Shown: piece after piece, positions 55,096 through 64,000 of the stretch
Layout: every line of letters starts with the position of its first letter
Position numbering within the stretch: position 1 is the first letter of the stretch
Source: Burkholderiales bacterium
Lineage (GTDB): Bacteria > Pseudomonadota > Gammaproteobacteria > Burkholderiales > CAIKXV01
NCBI GenBank assembly: GCA_044340265.1
Contig: JBIITW010000002.1
Span: 63 to 64,062 of the forward strand
DNA length: 64,000 nt
Direction of reading: 5' to 3'
The notes under the pieces: model-generated
What the model was told of the DNA's origin: nothing
The model's database searches: none
Seen by the model: the letters and a program-made list of their open reading frames with translations, nothing else
Position numbers and translations under genes: made by a program

Positions 55096-56102
55096 TCCCG
55101 ACGCAGGCCGGCAGACTTCACGACCGCTCCCCAGCGCTGGATCTCGGTCTCGAGGAAACGCCGGGCCTCGTCGGGCTTGCTGGCGACGACTTCGGCGCCA
55201 TCGCCGGTCAGTCGTTCTCGCACCGCCGGCTGAGCGAGCGCCTCGGCCAGTGCCACCTGCAGTCGGGACATCACCGGTGCCGGCGTGCGCGCAGGCGCCA
55301 TCACCATGAACCAGCCCACCGCCTCGAAGCCGGGCAGGCCCGACTCGATCATCGTCGGTACCTCCGGCAGGTGGCGCGAGCGCTTGCCCGAGGTGACCGC
55401 CACCGCCCGCAGCCGGCCGGCCTGGACCTGCGGCAGCGCGGAGACCAGCGTGGCGAACATGACCTGCGCATGGCCGCCGACCACGTCGGTCAGCGCGGGG
55501 TTGGCGCCCTTGTACGGGATGTGGTTCATGCGCACGCCGACCGCGTTGGAGAACATTTCCGCGACCAGCTGCGGGCCGGTGCCGATGCCGGAGGAGGCAT
55601 AGGTGACCTCGCCCGGCCTGCCCTTGGCCAGCGCGACCAGGTCGCGCACGGCCTTCACCGGCACCGACGGATTGACCACCAGCAGGTGCGGCTGCGTCGC
55701 CACCACCGTCACCGGTGACAGGTCGCGCAGCGGATCGTAGGGCAGCTTCGCCAGCATGGCCGCGTTGATCGCATAGGCGAGATTGGTGAACAGCAGCGTG
55801 TTGCCGTCGGCCGGTGACTTGGCCGCAAGGTCGACGCCGATCACCGAGCCGGCACCCGGGCGGTTGTCGACGACGATCTGCCGGCCGAGCGTCGTCGACA
55901 ACTGGTCGGACACGGTGCGCGCGACCAGGTCCACGCCGGGGCCGGGCGGGAAGGGCACGATCAGGCGCAGGGGGCGGCCCTGCGCGAACGCGAAGGAACT
56001 CGCGAACGAGCCGATCAGCAGGGCCGTGACCAGGGTGGGCTGAAGCGCGTGCCTGCGCGACTTCGATGTTGCTGCAGATGCGGCGGCGGGGTCCATGTTC
56101 AT
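55092..56102 (-). CDS. Bug-family (TctC-like) substrate-binding protein
   Basis: ORF 55092..56606 trimmed to MNMDPAAASA (ATG at 56102, ATGA overlap with the hydratase stop). RPLRLIVPFPPGPGVDLVART, VVDNRPGAGS and IPYKGANPALTDVVGGH blocks. Confidence 0.85.
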   Translation of the reverse strand: MNMDPAAASAATSKSRRHALQPTLVTALLIGSFASSFAFAQGRPLRLIVPFPPGPGVDLVARTVSDQLSTTLGRQIVVDNRPGAGSVIGVDLAAKSPADGNTLLFTNLAYAINAAMLAKLPYDPLRDLSPVTVVATQPHLLVVNPSVPVKAVRDLVALAKGRPGEVTYASSGIGTGPQLVAEMFSNAVGVRMNHIPYKGANPALTDVVGGHAQVMFATLVSALPQVQAGRLRAVAVTSGKRSRHLPEVPTMIESGLPGFEAVGWFMVMAPARTPAPVMSRLQVALAEALAQPAVRERLTGDGAEVVASKPDEARRFLETEIQRWGAVVKSAGLRRE

Positions 56103-56875
56103 GCCTTGCGCTCGTTGCGCGCGAAGCCTTCCAGCTTCTGCTTCCATTCGTCCGAGTGCATGCACGCCACCCAGGCCTCGGTGTCGAAGCGCAGCCCTGC
56201 CGCGAGGCCGGCTTCCATCGAATGGTTCAGTGCCCGCTTGGCTTGCACCAGTCCGGTCGTCGGGAAGGTCGCCATCCGGCGTGCCATCTCCATTGCTTCG
56301 TCCAGCACACGGTCGAGCGGCACCACGCGGTTGACCAGCCCGAGCGACCTGGCCTCGGCCGCATCCCAGCGCCGGCCGGTGAAGATCAGTTCGCGCGCGA
56401 CCTGGTAGCCGACCAGCCGCGGCAGCCGCTGGCAGGCACCGCCGCCGGGGAAGAAGCCATGTGTGACCTCGGGAAGTGCGAACACCGCGGTGTCCGAGGC
56501 GATCGAGAGGTCGCACTGGAGCACCAGCTCGAAGCCGCCACCCATGCAGTAGCCCTTGATCGCCGCGATCACCGGCTTGCTGACGCCGGCCACTGCGTTG
56601 GTCCACTTCGCCATCACCTGCCGGCGCTCGTCGATCATGTCGGCGGTCGAGCCGGCTGAGCGCTCTTTCAGGTCGGCGCCGGTGCAGAACGCCTTGTCGC
56701 CGGCGCCGGTGATCACGATCACCTTCACCGCAGGATCGGCGTCGAGCCTGGGCAGCAGATCCATCAGTTCGCGGCGCAGCGCGCGGTTGAGCGCGTTGTG
56801 GGCCTGTGGCCGGTTCAGGGTCAACAGGGCGACCCCATCCTCGATGCTCAGGGTATGCAGCGGCGCGTCGGTCAT
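56099..56875 (-). CDS. Enoyl-CoA hydratase/isomerase family protein
   Basis: ORF 56099..57241 trimmed to MTDAPLHTLSIEDGVALLTLNRPQAHNAL (ATG at 56875). ITGAGDKAFCTGADL and GYCMGGGFELVLQCD crotonase blocks. Confidence 0.9.
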   Translation of the reverse strand: MTDAPLHTLSIEDGVALLTLNRPQAHNALNRALRRELMDLLPRLDADPAVKVIVITGAGDKAFCTGADLKERSAGSTADMIDERRQVMAKWTNAVAGVSKPVIAAIKGYCMGGGFELVLQCDLSIASDTAVFALPEVTHGFFPGGGACQRLPRLVGYQVARELIFTGRRWDAAEARSLGLVNRVVPLDRVLDEAMEMARRMATFPTTGLVQAKRALNHSMEAGLAAGLRFDTEAWVACMHSDEWKQKLEGFARNERKA

Positions 56876-56964
56876 CGAATGTCTCCTCCTGCTGGCGCGC
56901 GGGTCATCGGCGCCCGCGCTCATGGGTATGGGGGCGGGGTGCCACCGGGCACCCCGCCCGCCGG

Positions 56965-57675
56965 TCAGCCTGCGACGGGCGCCAGTCCGGTCGCGCGGAT
57001 CTCGCCCGCAGCTTCCGCCGAGGCGAGGAAGGCGATTGCACGCGCCGTCGCTTCCGGATGCACCGCGCTCGCCGCGACCGCTGCGCTGTAGGTCGTGCAC
57101 AGTTGTACTTCGTCCGGCAGCGGCGTGATGTGCGCGACGCCCTCGATCGGCATCAGTTCGCTCACCTGCTGGAAGCCGAGCTCGACCTCGCCGTTCGCGA
57201 TGAAGGTGCCCACGCGCTGGCCGTTGCCGATGAACAGGCACTTCGGCATCACTTCATCGTGGATGCCCAGCCGCTTGAACAGTTCAGTGGTGACATAGCG
57301 CCCGCTGACGCTGGCGGAATAGCCGATCGAGGCCGCTCGCAGCAGCGTGCCGCGCAGCGCGTCGATCGTGCCGATGTCGGGTGCCGGCGCACCGGCCCGG
57401 ACGGCCAGGCCCACCATCGAGCGGGCCAGTGGCGCATGGCCTTCCGCCCGGGCAAGGCCATCGCGGATGAAGCCCTGCATGATGCCGTCGTCGCAGATCA
57501 CCAGATCGGCGATCTCGCCGCGTTTCAGCCGGTTGGGGATCGAGGTGTCGCCGCTGCCGATCGACGTGGTGACCGTGACCACCTTCAGCCCGGTGATCCG
57601 CTCGATGGCGGGCAGCAGCCGCAGGTGGGCGGCGGTGAACGCGCCCGAGGTCATGACCCGGAAGTCTGTGCTCAT
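56965..57675 (-). CDS. ModA-like periplasmic-binding-protein-fold protein lacking an obvious signal peptide
   Basis: 236 aa. FRVMTSGAFTAA, DLVICDD and VELGFQQVSEL resemble the molybdate/PBP2 substrate-binding fold. The N-terminus MSTDFRVMTSG has no hydrophobic signal segment. Confidence 0.55.
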   Translation of the reverse strand: MSTDFRVMTSGAFTAAHLRLLPAIERITGLKVVTVTTSIGSGDTSIPNRLKRGEIADLVICDDGIMQGFIRDGLARAEGHAPLARSMVGLAVRAGAPAPDIGTIDALRGTLLRAASIGYSASVSGRYVTTELFKRLGIHDEVMPKCLFIGNGQRVGTFIANGEVELGFQQVSELMPIEGVAHITPLPDEVQLCTTYSAAVAASAVHPEATARAIAFLASAEAAGEIRATGLAPVAG

Positions 57676-57733
57676 CGAGGGGCGCCAGTGAAAAACGCCC
57701 GACCGGAAGTAAAGGAGGGTCGGGCGTCGAAGT

Positions 57734-57809
<76 letters not shown>

Positions 57810-57993
57810 GATGTTTCCAGCATCCGCGGACCGGAGTTTCTGGAGCGCGGCCGCGGATTATAGCCAAATCGGTCGGCTTTGGCGCCCGATCCTTGCACGA
57901 TGCGGCTGCGATCAGCCGACCGTCGATGCCGCCGAACCGTCGCGAAAGAGCGTTTCCAGCGGTACGGCCTCGATTACCGCGCCCAGGAGGCGT

Positions 57994-59556
57994 TCACGCC
58001 GCCGCCCCCTCCAGCGCTGCCATGGCCATCGCCGTCACCACCTTGCGGTCGATCTTGTTGGTTCCCGCCAGCGGGAACGCTTCGACGATCCACACCCGCC
58101 GCGGATGCATGTAGGCGGGCGCATGCTGCAGGCAGTGCCGCTTCAGTTCGTCCTCGGTCGCCGATTGCCCGGCCTTCAGGATCACGAAGGCGACCGGCTT
58201 CATGCCCTTGATCTCGTCCTCGACCGGGATGCAGCAGGCCTGCTCGACCGCTGGATGCCGCTCGAGCAGCTTCTCGACCTGCCCGGGATAGATGTTCTCG
58301 CCGCCGGACACGAACATGTCGTCGGCACGCCCGACGAAGTAGTGGAAGCCGTCGGCATCGCGCCGGAAGATGTCGCCGGTGATGTAGAAGCCGTCGTCGG
58401 TGATCGCCTTGCGCGTCGCCTCGGGCAGCCCGTGGTAGCCGTTGAGCATCGCCGGGCTCTTCATCTGCAGCACGCCCTCGGTCGCGTCCCGATCGTCGCC
58501 GTCGACCAGCCGCAGCTCGACCGCGGGATGCGGATAGCCTACCGACATCGCCGGCTGCGGCAGACCCTTCGGGTGCGGCCCGAACACGACCATCGCGGCT
58601 TCCGTGGTGCCATAGCCGTTGGCGACGATCGCCTGCGGGATCGCTTCATGGATGCGCGCCATCAGCGCCTCGCTCACCGGTGCCGACCCCATGCGGATGA
58701 ACTTCACCGTGGACAGGTCGGTGCGCGCCATCGCATCGGCTTCCTGCAGCATCATCGCCAGCATCGGCGGCACGGCGGTGAGCCAGGTGCAGCGGTAGGT
58801 CTCGATCGCTGCGATGTATTCCAGCGTGTTGAACTGCGGCAGCAGCACCAGCGTCGCCCCGGCGCGCATCGACAGCTGGGCCATCGCCAGCCCGTTCATG
58901 TGGTACAGCGGCGCGGCGACCAGCAGACGGTGCTTCGAGTAGTCCTGTCCCTCCGTGCGCTTGCCGGTCACCCACAGGTGGCTGGCATGCGACAGCACGA
59001 CGCCCTTTGGGCGCCCGGTCGAGCCGGAGGTGTACAGGAAGATCGCCGGCTCGCGCACGCCATCGACCACGGTCGGCTCGACCGCGGTGAAAGGGCCCGG
59101 ATCGAGCAGGGCATCGAAGCCGTCGGCACCGGGGGCGCCGAATTCGATCACCGGCAGGCCGGCCGGCACCTGCGCACGGCGCGCGGCATCGCAGAACACC
59201 AGTTTCGCGCCGCAGTTGGCGGCGATGTAGTCGATGGTCTCCTGCGGGAACTTGTAGTTGACCGGCACGCAGACGAAGCCGGCACGCATTGCGCCGAATG
59301 CGGCCGCCATGAACTCGGCGGAATTGGCAGCGATGATGGCGATGCGGTCGCCGCGGGACAAGCCGAGGGAGGGCGCACGGCGCGACAGGCCGCGCGCGAC
59401 GCTGTCGAACAGCGCGTCCAGTCGGGCGTAGGTCCATTCGCGCACTGGCGAGGTGGCGGGTTCGATCAGCGCGATGCGCTCGGCACCGGCAGTCGTCTGC
59501 GTGGATCGGGTCAGCGCGGGGTCGATCAGCGCGCCGAGGTTGTACGGGTGATGCAT
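57994..59556 (-). CDS. AMP-forming acyl-CoA synthetase/ligase (ANL superfamily)
   Basis: LYTSGSTGRPKGV AMP-binding motif, GYGTTE, YITGDIF and PLAGTNKIDRK C-terminal lysine motif. Confidence 0.85.
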   Translation of the reverse strand: MHHPYNLGALIDPALTRSTQTTAGAERIALIEPATSPVREWTYARLDALFDSVARGLSRRAPSLGLSRGDRIAIIAANSAEFMAAAFGAMRAGFVCVPVNYKFPQETIDYIAANCGAKLVFCDAARRAQVPAGLPVIEFGAPGADGFDALLDPGPFTAVEPTVVDGVREPAIFLYTSGSTGRPKGVVLSHASHLWVTGKRTEGQDYSKHRLLVAAPLYHMNGLAMAQLSMRAGATLVLLPQFNTLEYIAAIETYRCTWLTAVPPMLAMMLQEADAMARTDLSTVKFIRMGSAPVSEALMARIHEAIPQAIVANGYGTTEAAMVVFGPHPKGLPQPAMSVGYPHPAVELRLVDGDDRDATEGVLQMKSPAMLNGYHGLPEATRKAITDDGFYITGDIFRRDADGFHYFVGRADDMFVSGGENIYPGQVEKLLERHPAVEQACCIPVEDEIKGMKPVAFVILKAGQSATEDELKRHCLQHAPAYMHPRRVWIVEAFPLAGTNKIDRKVVTAMAMAALEGAAA

Positions 59557-59579
59557 GGGGAGCTCCGGCAGGTCTGTTG

Positions 59580-60422
59580 CTATTCGATGAATTCGATCGT
59601 GGTGTTGCAGGCGAGGCGGGCCGCGATGATCACGCGGGCGCCCTGGTCGTGCACATCCCGTGCCGGAAGGGCGCGCAGCGACTGGCGCACCGCGTCCAGT
59701 GCGGTGCAGCGCAGTTCGATCGCGGCCATGTACGCGGCGCGCCCTTCGCCGTCGCAGGCCGACGCGCCCAGCCGGTGCTGGAGCAGGGCTGCGGTGACCA
59801 GGTCGACACGGAGATGGCCGAGGGTGAGTTCGGCCCGCGGCGCATCGGGACGCATCGATGTTTCTGCGAACAGCGGTGCCAGCCGCGCGGCCTCGGCGTA
59901 CGGGTCGGGCACGACGATAGTGATGCGCGTGATCTCGCGCGCACCGTTCGGATGGTTGCGCATGCCGTCACGCCAGACCAGCTCGCGGGTCAGGTGTTCG
60001 CAGGCGAACAGGCGTCCCCAGGCGACGGTCTCTGGCGGCAGCGCGACCACTTCGAAGCGTGCGTCCTGCACGCCGTCATCGAGCATGACCGGGCGCGACA
60101 GCGCCTTCACCGGCTGCGGCACGAACTTCGCCTGCGTGAGCGCGGTGTGTGCGCCCGCTGCGCTGTCGGTGGCGAAGGCAATGGCGTTGAGTCCGCGCGG
60201 GCTGCCCGCCAGCTCCGGCCGCAGCGCCGCGTTCTGCGGCGGCACGCCGATCAGCTCCAGGTAGTCCGGCCCGAACATCATCAGGTGGTTCACCGAGCCC
60301 GAACTGTGCAAGCCGCGCGGCGTGAGCCGGAAGCCGAGCCGGGCGAACTGGTCGACCGCCTCGTCGATGCGCCCGGCGGTGTTGATCACGGCATGGTCGA
60401 TGCCGAGGCAGTGGGGGATCAT
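59580..60422 (-). CDS. VOC (glyoxalase/bleomycin-resistance/dioxygenase) family protein, two-module
   Basis: GIDHAVINT...FARLGF...MMFGPDYLELI in the N-terminal module and a second beta-alpha-beta-like module (ITRITIVVPDP). About 280 aa. Confidence 0.6.
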   Translation of the reverse strand: MIPHCLGIDHAVINTAGRIDEAVDQFARLGFRLTPRGLHSSGSVNHLMMFGPDYLELIGVPPQNAALRPELAGSPRGLNAIAFATDSAAGAHTALTQAKFVPQPVKALSRPVMLDDGVQDARFEVVALPPETVAWGRLFACEHLTRELVWRDGMRNHPNGAREITRITIVVPDPYAEAARLAPLFAETSMRPDAPRAELTLGHLRVDLVTAALLQHRLGASACDGEGRAAYMAAIELRCTALDAVRQSLRALPARDVHDQGARVIIAARLACNTTIEFIE

Positions 60423-60498
60423 GCTGGATGGCCCGCTTGGCTCGAATCAGGAAGCCGCGAGTGTAGCGAGAAGCCGGGTCCGGCACGCAGGCAGTAAG

Positions 60499-60618
60499 TC
60501 AGCGTCCGTCGGGCCCGCCGTGGGGAAGGTCCTGCGAGGGAGCGTGGCTGAACCAGCCGACCACGAAGCCGAGCACGGCCATCACCGGGGTCGCGAAGAT
60601 CAGCAGGAGGTTGCGCAT
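60499..60618 (-). CDS. Possible small membrane protein (very uncertain)
   Basis: ATG-initiated 39-aa tail of ORF 60499..60906 (MRNLLLIFATPVMAVLGFVVGWF...). A second hydrophobic helix lies upstream in frame, but there is no canonical start between it and the stop of the gene at 60786. Confidence 0.2.
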   Translation of the reverse strand: MRNLLLIFATPVMAVLGFVVGWFSHAPSQDLPHGGPDGR

Positions 60619-60785
60619 CCGAACATGGGCGAGTTCGCGCCCTTCGGGCAGTGCGACCAGCCAGCCCTTGCCCGACAGGTACAGTTCGGCCACGAGATAG
60701 GCGATCAGCACCACCAGCACCGTTGCGATGGCGAACAGCAGCGCCAGCAGGCCTGCATAGATCGTCCTGCCGCGCGGTCGGGCGC

Positions 60786-62885
60786 TCAGCGCAACACCAT
60801 CACGCAATCCACCGCTACCGCAGCATCGGTCGACAGCAGCACCGGGTTGAGGTCGAGTTCGTCGAGCCGGCCGCCGGCGGCCGCGCCGAACCGCGACACC
60901 GCGCACAGCAGTTCGACCAGCGCCGCGCGGTCCACAGGAGGCTTGCCGCGCGCGCCGGACAGGATCGCCCGGCCGCGCAGTTCATCGAGCATCGCGCCGG
61001 CCTCGAACGGGGTCACCGGGCAGCGGCGGAAGGCGACGTCCTTCATCACCTCGACCAGGATGCCGCCCAGGCCTGCCATCAGTACCGGGCCGAACGACGG
61101 GTCGTTCTTCAGGCCGATGACGAACTCGACATGGCCACCGGCCATCTTCTGCACCACCACGCCATCGATGCGCGCCTTCGGGTCGTACGCCTTTGCCGCG
61201 GCCAGCACCATCGCCGTCGCGGCGCGCACCGCCTCGCCATCGGCCAGGCCCAGCTTCACGCCGTCGGCCTCGGTCTTGTGCAGGATGTCTGGCGATTCGA
61301 TCTTCACTGCCACCGGCAGGCCAAGAGAGGCCGCCACCGTCGCGGCGGCATCGGGGTCCCTGGCCAGGGCGACCGGTGCCGACGACACGCCGCACGATTC
61401 GAGCAGCCGGGTCGCCTCGAGGGTCCCGACCACGCCGGCTGCCGGCAGCGACAGCGCCGGCAGTTTCACCGCGGCCCGTGCCGCGCGATCGGCAAGCCAG
61501 GCGCGGCGGGCCTGCGCATAGCCGATCAGCCCGGCCACCGCGTCGACCGCCGGTTCCGCACCGCGCAGCACCGGCAACCCGGCTTCGCGGCAGAGCTTCA
61601 GGGCCTGGTCGGAAGCAGCCACCCAGCAGAGCACGAAGGGCTTCGATGTCTCGGCCTTCACCGTGCGGAACAGGTCGACCAGCATTTCCGCATAGGCATC
61701 CATCGACAGGATCCACACGATGCCGACATGCACCGAAGGGTCGGCCAGCGTCAGGCGCAGTCCGTTGAGCAGGATTTCCGGCTCGGCGATGAACTGCGCG
61801 GTGACATCGACCGGGTTGGCGCCCGAGCCGAACGCCGGCAGCACCTCGCGCAGCTTCGCCTGGGTCTCGTCCGACAGGGTCGGCAGCGACAGCCCGAGTT
61901 CTTCGGCACGGTCGGCGATCAGCACGCCGGCCCCGCCCGACTGGGTGACCAGGCCGATGCCGCTGCCCTCCGGCAGGCTGCAGTGGGCGAGCACGTCGAC
62001 CATGTCGAGCATGTGTTCTTCATTGCGCGCGCGGATGATGCCGAACTGCCGGGCGAGGCCGTCGAACACGCGGTCTTCGCCGGCGAGCGATCCGGTATGC
62101 GAGGCCGCTGCACGCGCGCCAGCCTGGCTGCGCCCGACCTTGGTCGCCACGATCGGCTTGCCCGCCTCGAGTGCGCGCTCGGCCAGCGCCAGCAGGCCGG
62201 CGCCGTCCTTGAAACCTTCGATGTAGGCGCAGCCGACCTTGATGCGCGGATCCGCCAGCACCTCGTCCATGATCTCGACCAGCGTCGCGTCGCACTCGTT
62301 GCCGGTGTTCACGAAGTAGCCCAGGCCGAGGTGGCGGCGTCGTGCCAGGGTGGCGATCGCCGAACCGAACGCGCCCGACTGGGTGACGAAGCCGACCGGG
62401 CCTTCCAGCACCTCGCCGCTGCCGTACTGGCTGAAGGTGGCGATCACCCGGTCGAAGGAATTCACCAGTCCGAGGCAGTTCGGCCCGCACAGGCGCACGT
62501 TGCCTTCGCGCGCGACCGCGACCAGTTCGTCCTCGAGGGCGTGTCCTGCAACGCCCATCTCGCCGAAGCCGGAACTGTAGATGATCGCCGCCGGCACGCC
62601 CTTGCGGCCCAGCGCGCGGACCTGGTCGATCACGAAGCGGGCCGGCACGGTGATGATCGCCATGTCGACCGGGTCGGGTATGTCGCCGACGGTCGGGTAG
62701 CAGCGAAGGTCGCCACCAGGGTGGCTGATCGTTTCGTACTTCGGGTTCACCGGATAGATCTTCCCGGCATAGCCCTTGTCGACCAGGAACTTCAGCGTGC
62801 GGCCATTGAGCTTCTGCAGGTCGTTCGAGGCGCCGAGGATGGCGATCGAGCGCGGGGCGATCAGGGCACGGATGGCTGGGTTCAT
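60786..62885 (-). CDS. ADP-forming acyl-CoA synthetase (acetate--CoA ligase family, fused alpha/beta)
   Basis: ORF 60786..63032 trimmed to MNPAIRALIAPRSIAILGASND (ATG at 62885). CoA-binding domain, GPNCLG, GSLAGED phosphohistidine-loop region and a C-terminal ATP-grasp segment. Confidence 0.85.
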   Translation of the reverse strand: MNPAIRALIAPRSIAILGASNDLQKLNGRTLKFLVDKGYAGKIYPVNPKYETISHPGGDLRCYPTVGDIPDPVDMAIITVPARFVIDQVRALGRKGVPAAIIYSSGFGEMGVAGHALEDELVAVAREGNVRLCGPNCLGLVNSFDRVIATFSQYGSGEVLEGPVGFVTQSGAFGSAIATLARRRHLGLGYFVNTGNECDATLVEIMDEVLADPRIKVGCAYIEGFKDGAGLLALAERALEAGKPIVATKVGRSQAGARAAASHTGSLAGEDRVFDGLARQFGIIRARNEEHMLDMVDVLAHCSLPEGSGIGLVTQSGGAGVLIADRAEELGLSLPTLSDETQAKLREVLPAFGSGANPVDVTAQFIAEPEILLNGLRLTLADPSVHVGIVWILSMDAYAEMLVDLFRTVKAETSKPFVLCWVAASDQALKLCREAGLPVLRGAEPAVDAVAGLIGYAQARRAWLADRAARAAVKLPALSLPAAGVVGTLEATRLLESCGVSSAPVALARDPDAAATVAASLGLPVAVKIESPDILHKTEADGVKLGLADGEAVRAATAMVLAAAKAYDPKARIDGVVVQKMAGGHVEFVIGLKNDPSFGPVLMAGLGGILVEVMKDVAFRRCPVTPFEAGAMLDELRGRAILSGARGKPPVDRAALVELLCAVSRFGAAAGGRLDELDLNPVLLSTDAAVAVDCVMVLR

Positions 62886-62918
62886 GGGTTGCAGTCGAGC
62901 GGGACGAACGGGGCGGGC

Positions 62919-62980
62919 GGTGGGGTGAGCGGTGGGGCGAGCGGTATCCGGAACTGCGTCCGGAACTGCGTCCGGACTCG
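62919..62980. repeat. Two adjacent 12-nt tandem duplications in the divergent acs/leuC intergenic region
   Basis: Read directly: ggtggggtgagc / ggtggggcgagc at 62919..62942, tccggaactgcg x2 at 62947..62970, then a degenerate tccggactcg. Confidence 0.7.
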
Positions 62981-63068
62981 CCCGCATTCTAACCGCCGGG
63001 GTTTTCGGCGGCGATGCGTACCGTATGTGCACTGCCGCATCGGTGAATTCGGCGAGAATCGGCCCAGC

Positions 63069-63091
63069 GACCCCGGCCGCACGCCGGGGTC
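63069..63091 (+). promoter_or_regulatory. Perfect 9-bp stem-loop in the leuC 5' leader
   Basis: gaccccggc cgcac gccggggtc ends 35 nt upstream of the leuC ATG. There is no following U-tract. Function unknown. Confidence 0.25.
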
Positions 63092-63125
63092 GATGTCATC
63101 CGGCCCACCCTCGACGCGAGCGCCC

Positions 63126-64000
63126 CATGCCTGCCGAAACCGCATCCAACCCGCCGTCCACGCTGTTCGAGAAGATCTGGAACGCGCACGTGATCGAACA
63201 GGGCAGCGCCGACGACGCGCTGCTGCATGTCGACCAGAACTTCCTGCACGAGGGCGCCTTCCTGGCGTTTGCCGCGCTGCGCCGGGAGGGCCGCACGGTG
63301 CGCCGTCCGAAGCAGCACTTCGCGGTCGCCGACCATTACGTGCCGACGCTCGGCCGCGAGGCTGGCATCGCCGGGGTCACCGACCCGGAAGTGCGCGGGC
63401 TGATCGACCTGCTCGAACAGAACGCCGCGTGGGGTGGCATCGACTTCGCCGGCATCGACGATCCGCGCCAGGGCATCGTGCATGTGATCGGGCCGGAACT
63501 GGGCCTCACCCATCCGGGCATGGTGATCACCTGTGGCGATTCGCATACCTCGACCCATGGCGCGTTCGGTGCGTTCGCGTTCGGCATGGGCGCCTCGCAG
63601 GTGAAGCAGGTGCTGGCCACCCAGTGCCTGTGGCAGCGCAAGCCGAAGCTGCTGCGCATCACGATCGACGGCACGCTCGCCCCCGGCCTGTCGGGCAAGG
63701 ACGTGATCCTGGCGGTGATCGCTCAGATCGGCGCGGCCGGTGCCACCGGCCATGTGATCGAGTATGCCGGCAGCACCATCCGTTCGATGTCGATGGAGAA
63801 CCGGCTGACCGTGTGCAACATGTCGATCGAGGCGGGCGCGCGCGCCGGCATGATCTGCGCCGACGACACCACCTTCGACTACCTGCATGGCCGTCCGTTC
63901 TCGCCGAAGCAGCAGCACTGGGACGCCGCGCTCGCGTACTGGCGCACGCTCAAGACCGACGACGGTGCGACCTTCGATCGCGAGGTGCACGTCGATGCCG
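63126..64000 (+). CDS. leuC: 3-isopropylmalate dehydratase large subunit (aconitase family), 5' partial at window edge
   Basis: Own translation from ATG at 63126: MPAETASNPPSTLFEKIWNAHV...GIVHVIGPELGLTHPGMVITCGDSHTSTHGAFGAFAFGMGASQV...CNMSIEAGARAG, collinear with LeuC. Absent from the ORF track because no stop lies within the window. Confidence 0.85.

Noticed and set aside
57811-60264. 817-aa plus-strand ORF
   Set aside because: It is antisense to the ANL ligase and VOC genes, which have strong motifs. The composition (R/G/A/H-rich) indicates a GC artefact.
63014-63046. 10-codon mini-ORF (MRTVCALPHR) upstream of leuC as a leucine attenuator leader
   Set aside because: It has only one Leu codon. 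The downstream 9-bp hairpin lacks a U-tract and I could find no alternative antiterminator pairing.
62989-63990. 333-aa minus-strand ORF at the window end
   Set aside because: It is antisense to a reading frame that translates collinearly with LeuC from ATG 63126. leuC is missing from the ORF track only because it has no in-window stop.

Overview
This is a high-GC, GC3-rich proteobacterial chromosomal segment. The several Bug/TctC-type binding proteins suggest a Burkholderiales-like betaproteobacterium, but that is inference only.

**About 0.2-42.5 kb: one large LPS locus.**
- msbA, then a minus-strand core-oligosaccharide operon: a GT9 heptosyltransferase, three GT2s, a GT-B-like unknown and the WaaL ligase.
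- galE, then an L-FucNAc module (wbuB-fnlA-fnlB-fnlC-wbpL ... wbpM). A VapC/Phd toxin-antitoxin pair with a palindromic operator interrupts it.
- A divergent, roughly 17 kb plus-strand operon, largely translationally coupled. It carries the pseudaminic-acid genes pseC/F/G/H/I but no pseB.
- Interleaved with the pse genes are an FdtA-like ketoisomerase, a second DegT aminotransferase and a WbqC/methyltransferase/MBL trio.
- Downstream of pseI come an HP-motif transferase-like protein, a PhyH-like 2OG/Fe(II) oxygenase, an FkbM methyltransferase, a fused TMD-NBD ABC exporter and two more glycosyltransferase-like proteins.
- A convergent rmlBADC block follows, with a TIGR04325-like methyltransferase and a UDP-GlcA 4-epimerase-like gene, and then waaC-waaA.
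- No wzx/wzy/wzz or wzm/wzt candidates are visible.

**About 42.5-64 kb: ordinary catabolic and housekeeping DNA.**
- Three Bug-family binding proteins, an isochorismatase-like hydrolase, an SDR, gudD, tcuB-tcuA and a Tat-signal alpha/beta hydrolase.
- A CoA-transferase/enoyl-CoA hydratase operon, tRNA-Phe, AMP- and ADP-forming acyl-CoA synthetases, a VOC protein and the 5' part of leuC.
- An acidic 188-aa protein with a possible Cas6f-like N-terminus is the only oddity here.

No rRNA, CRISPR array, transposase or integrase was seen.

All functional calls come from motif-level reading of the supplied translations; no database search was possible. Many ORF-track entries are N-terminally over-extended or are antisense artefacts of the GC content, and these were trimmed or dropped. 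Start codons are best estimates.
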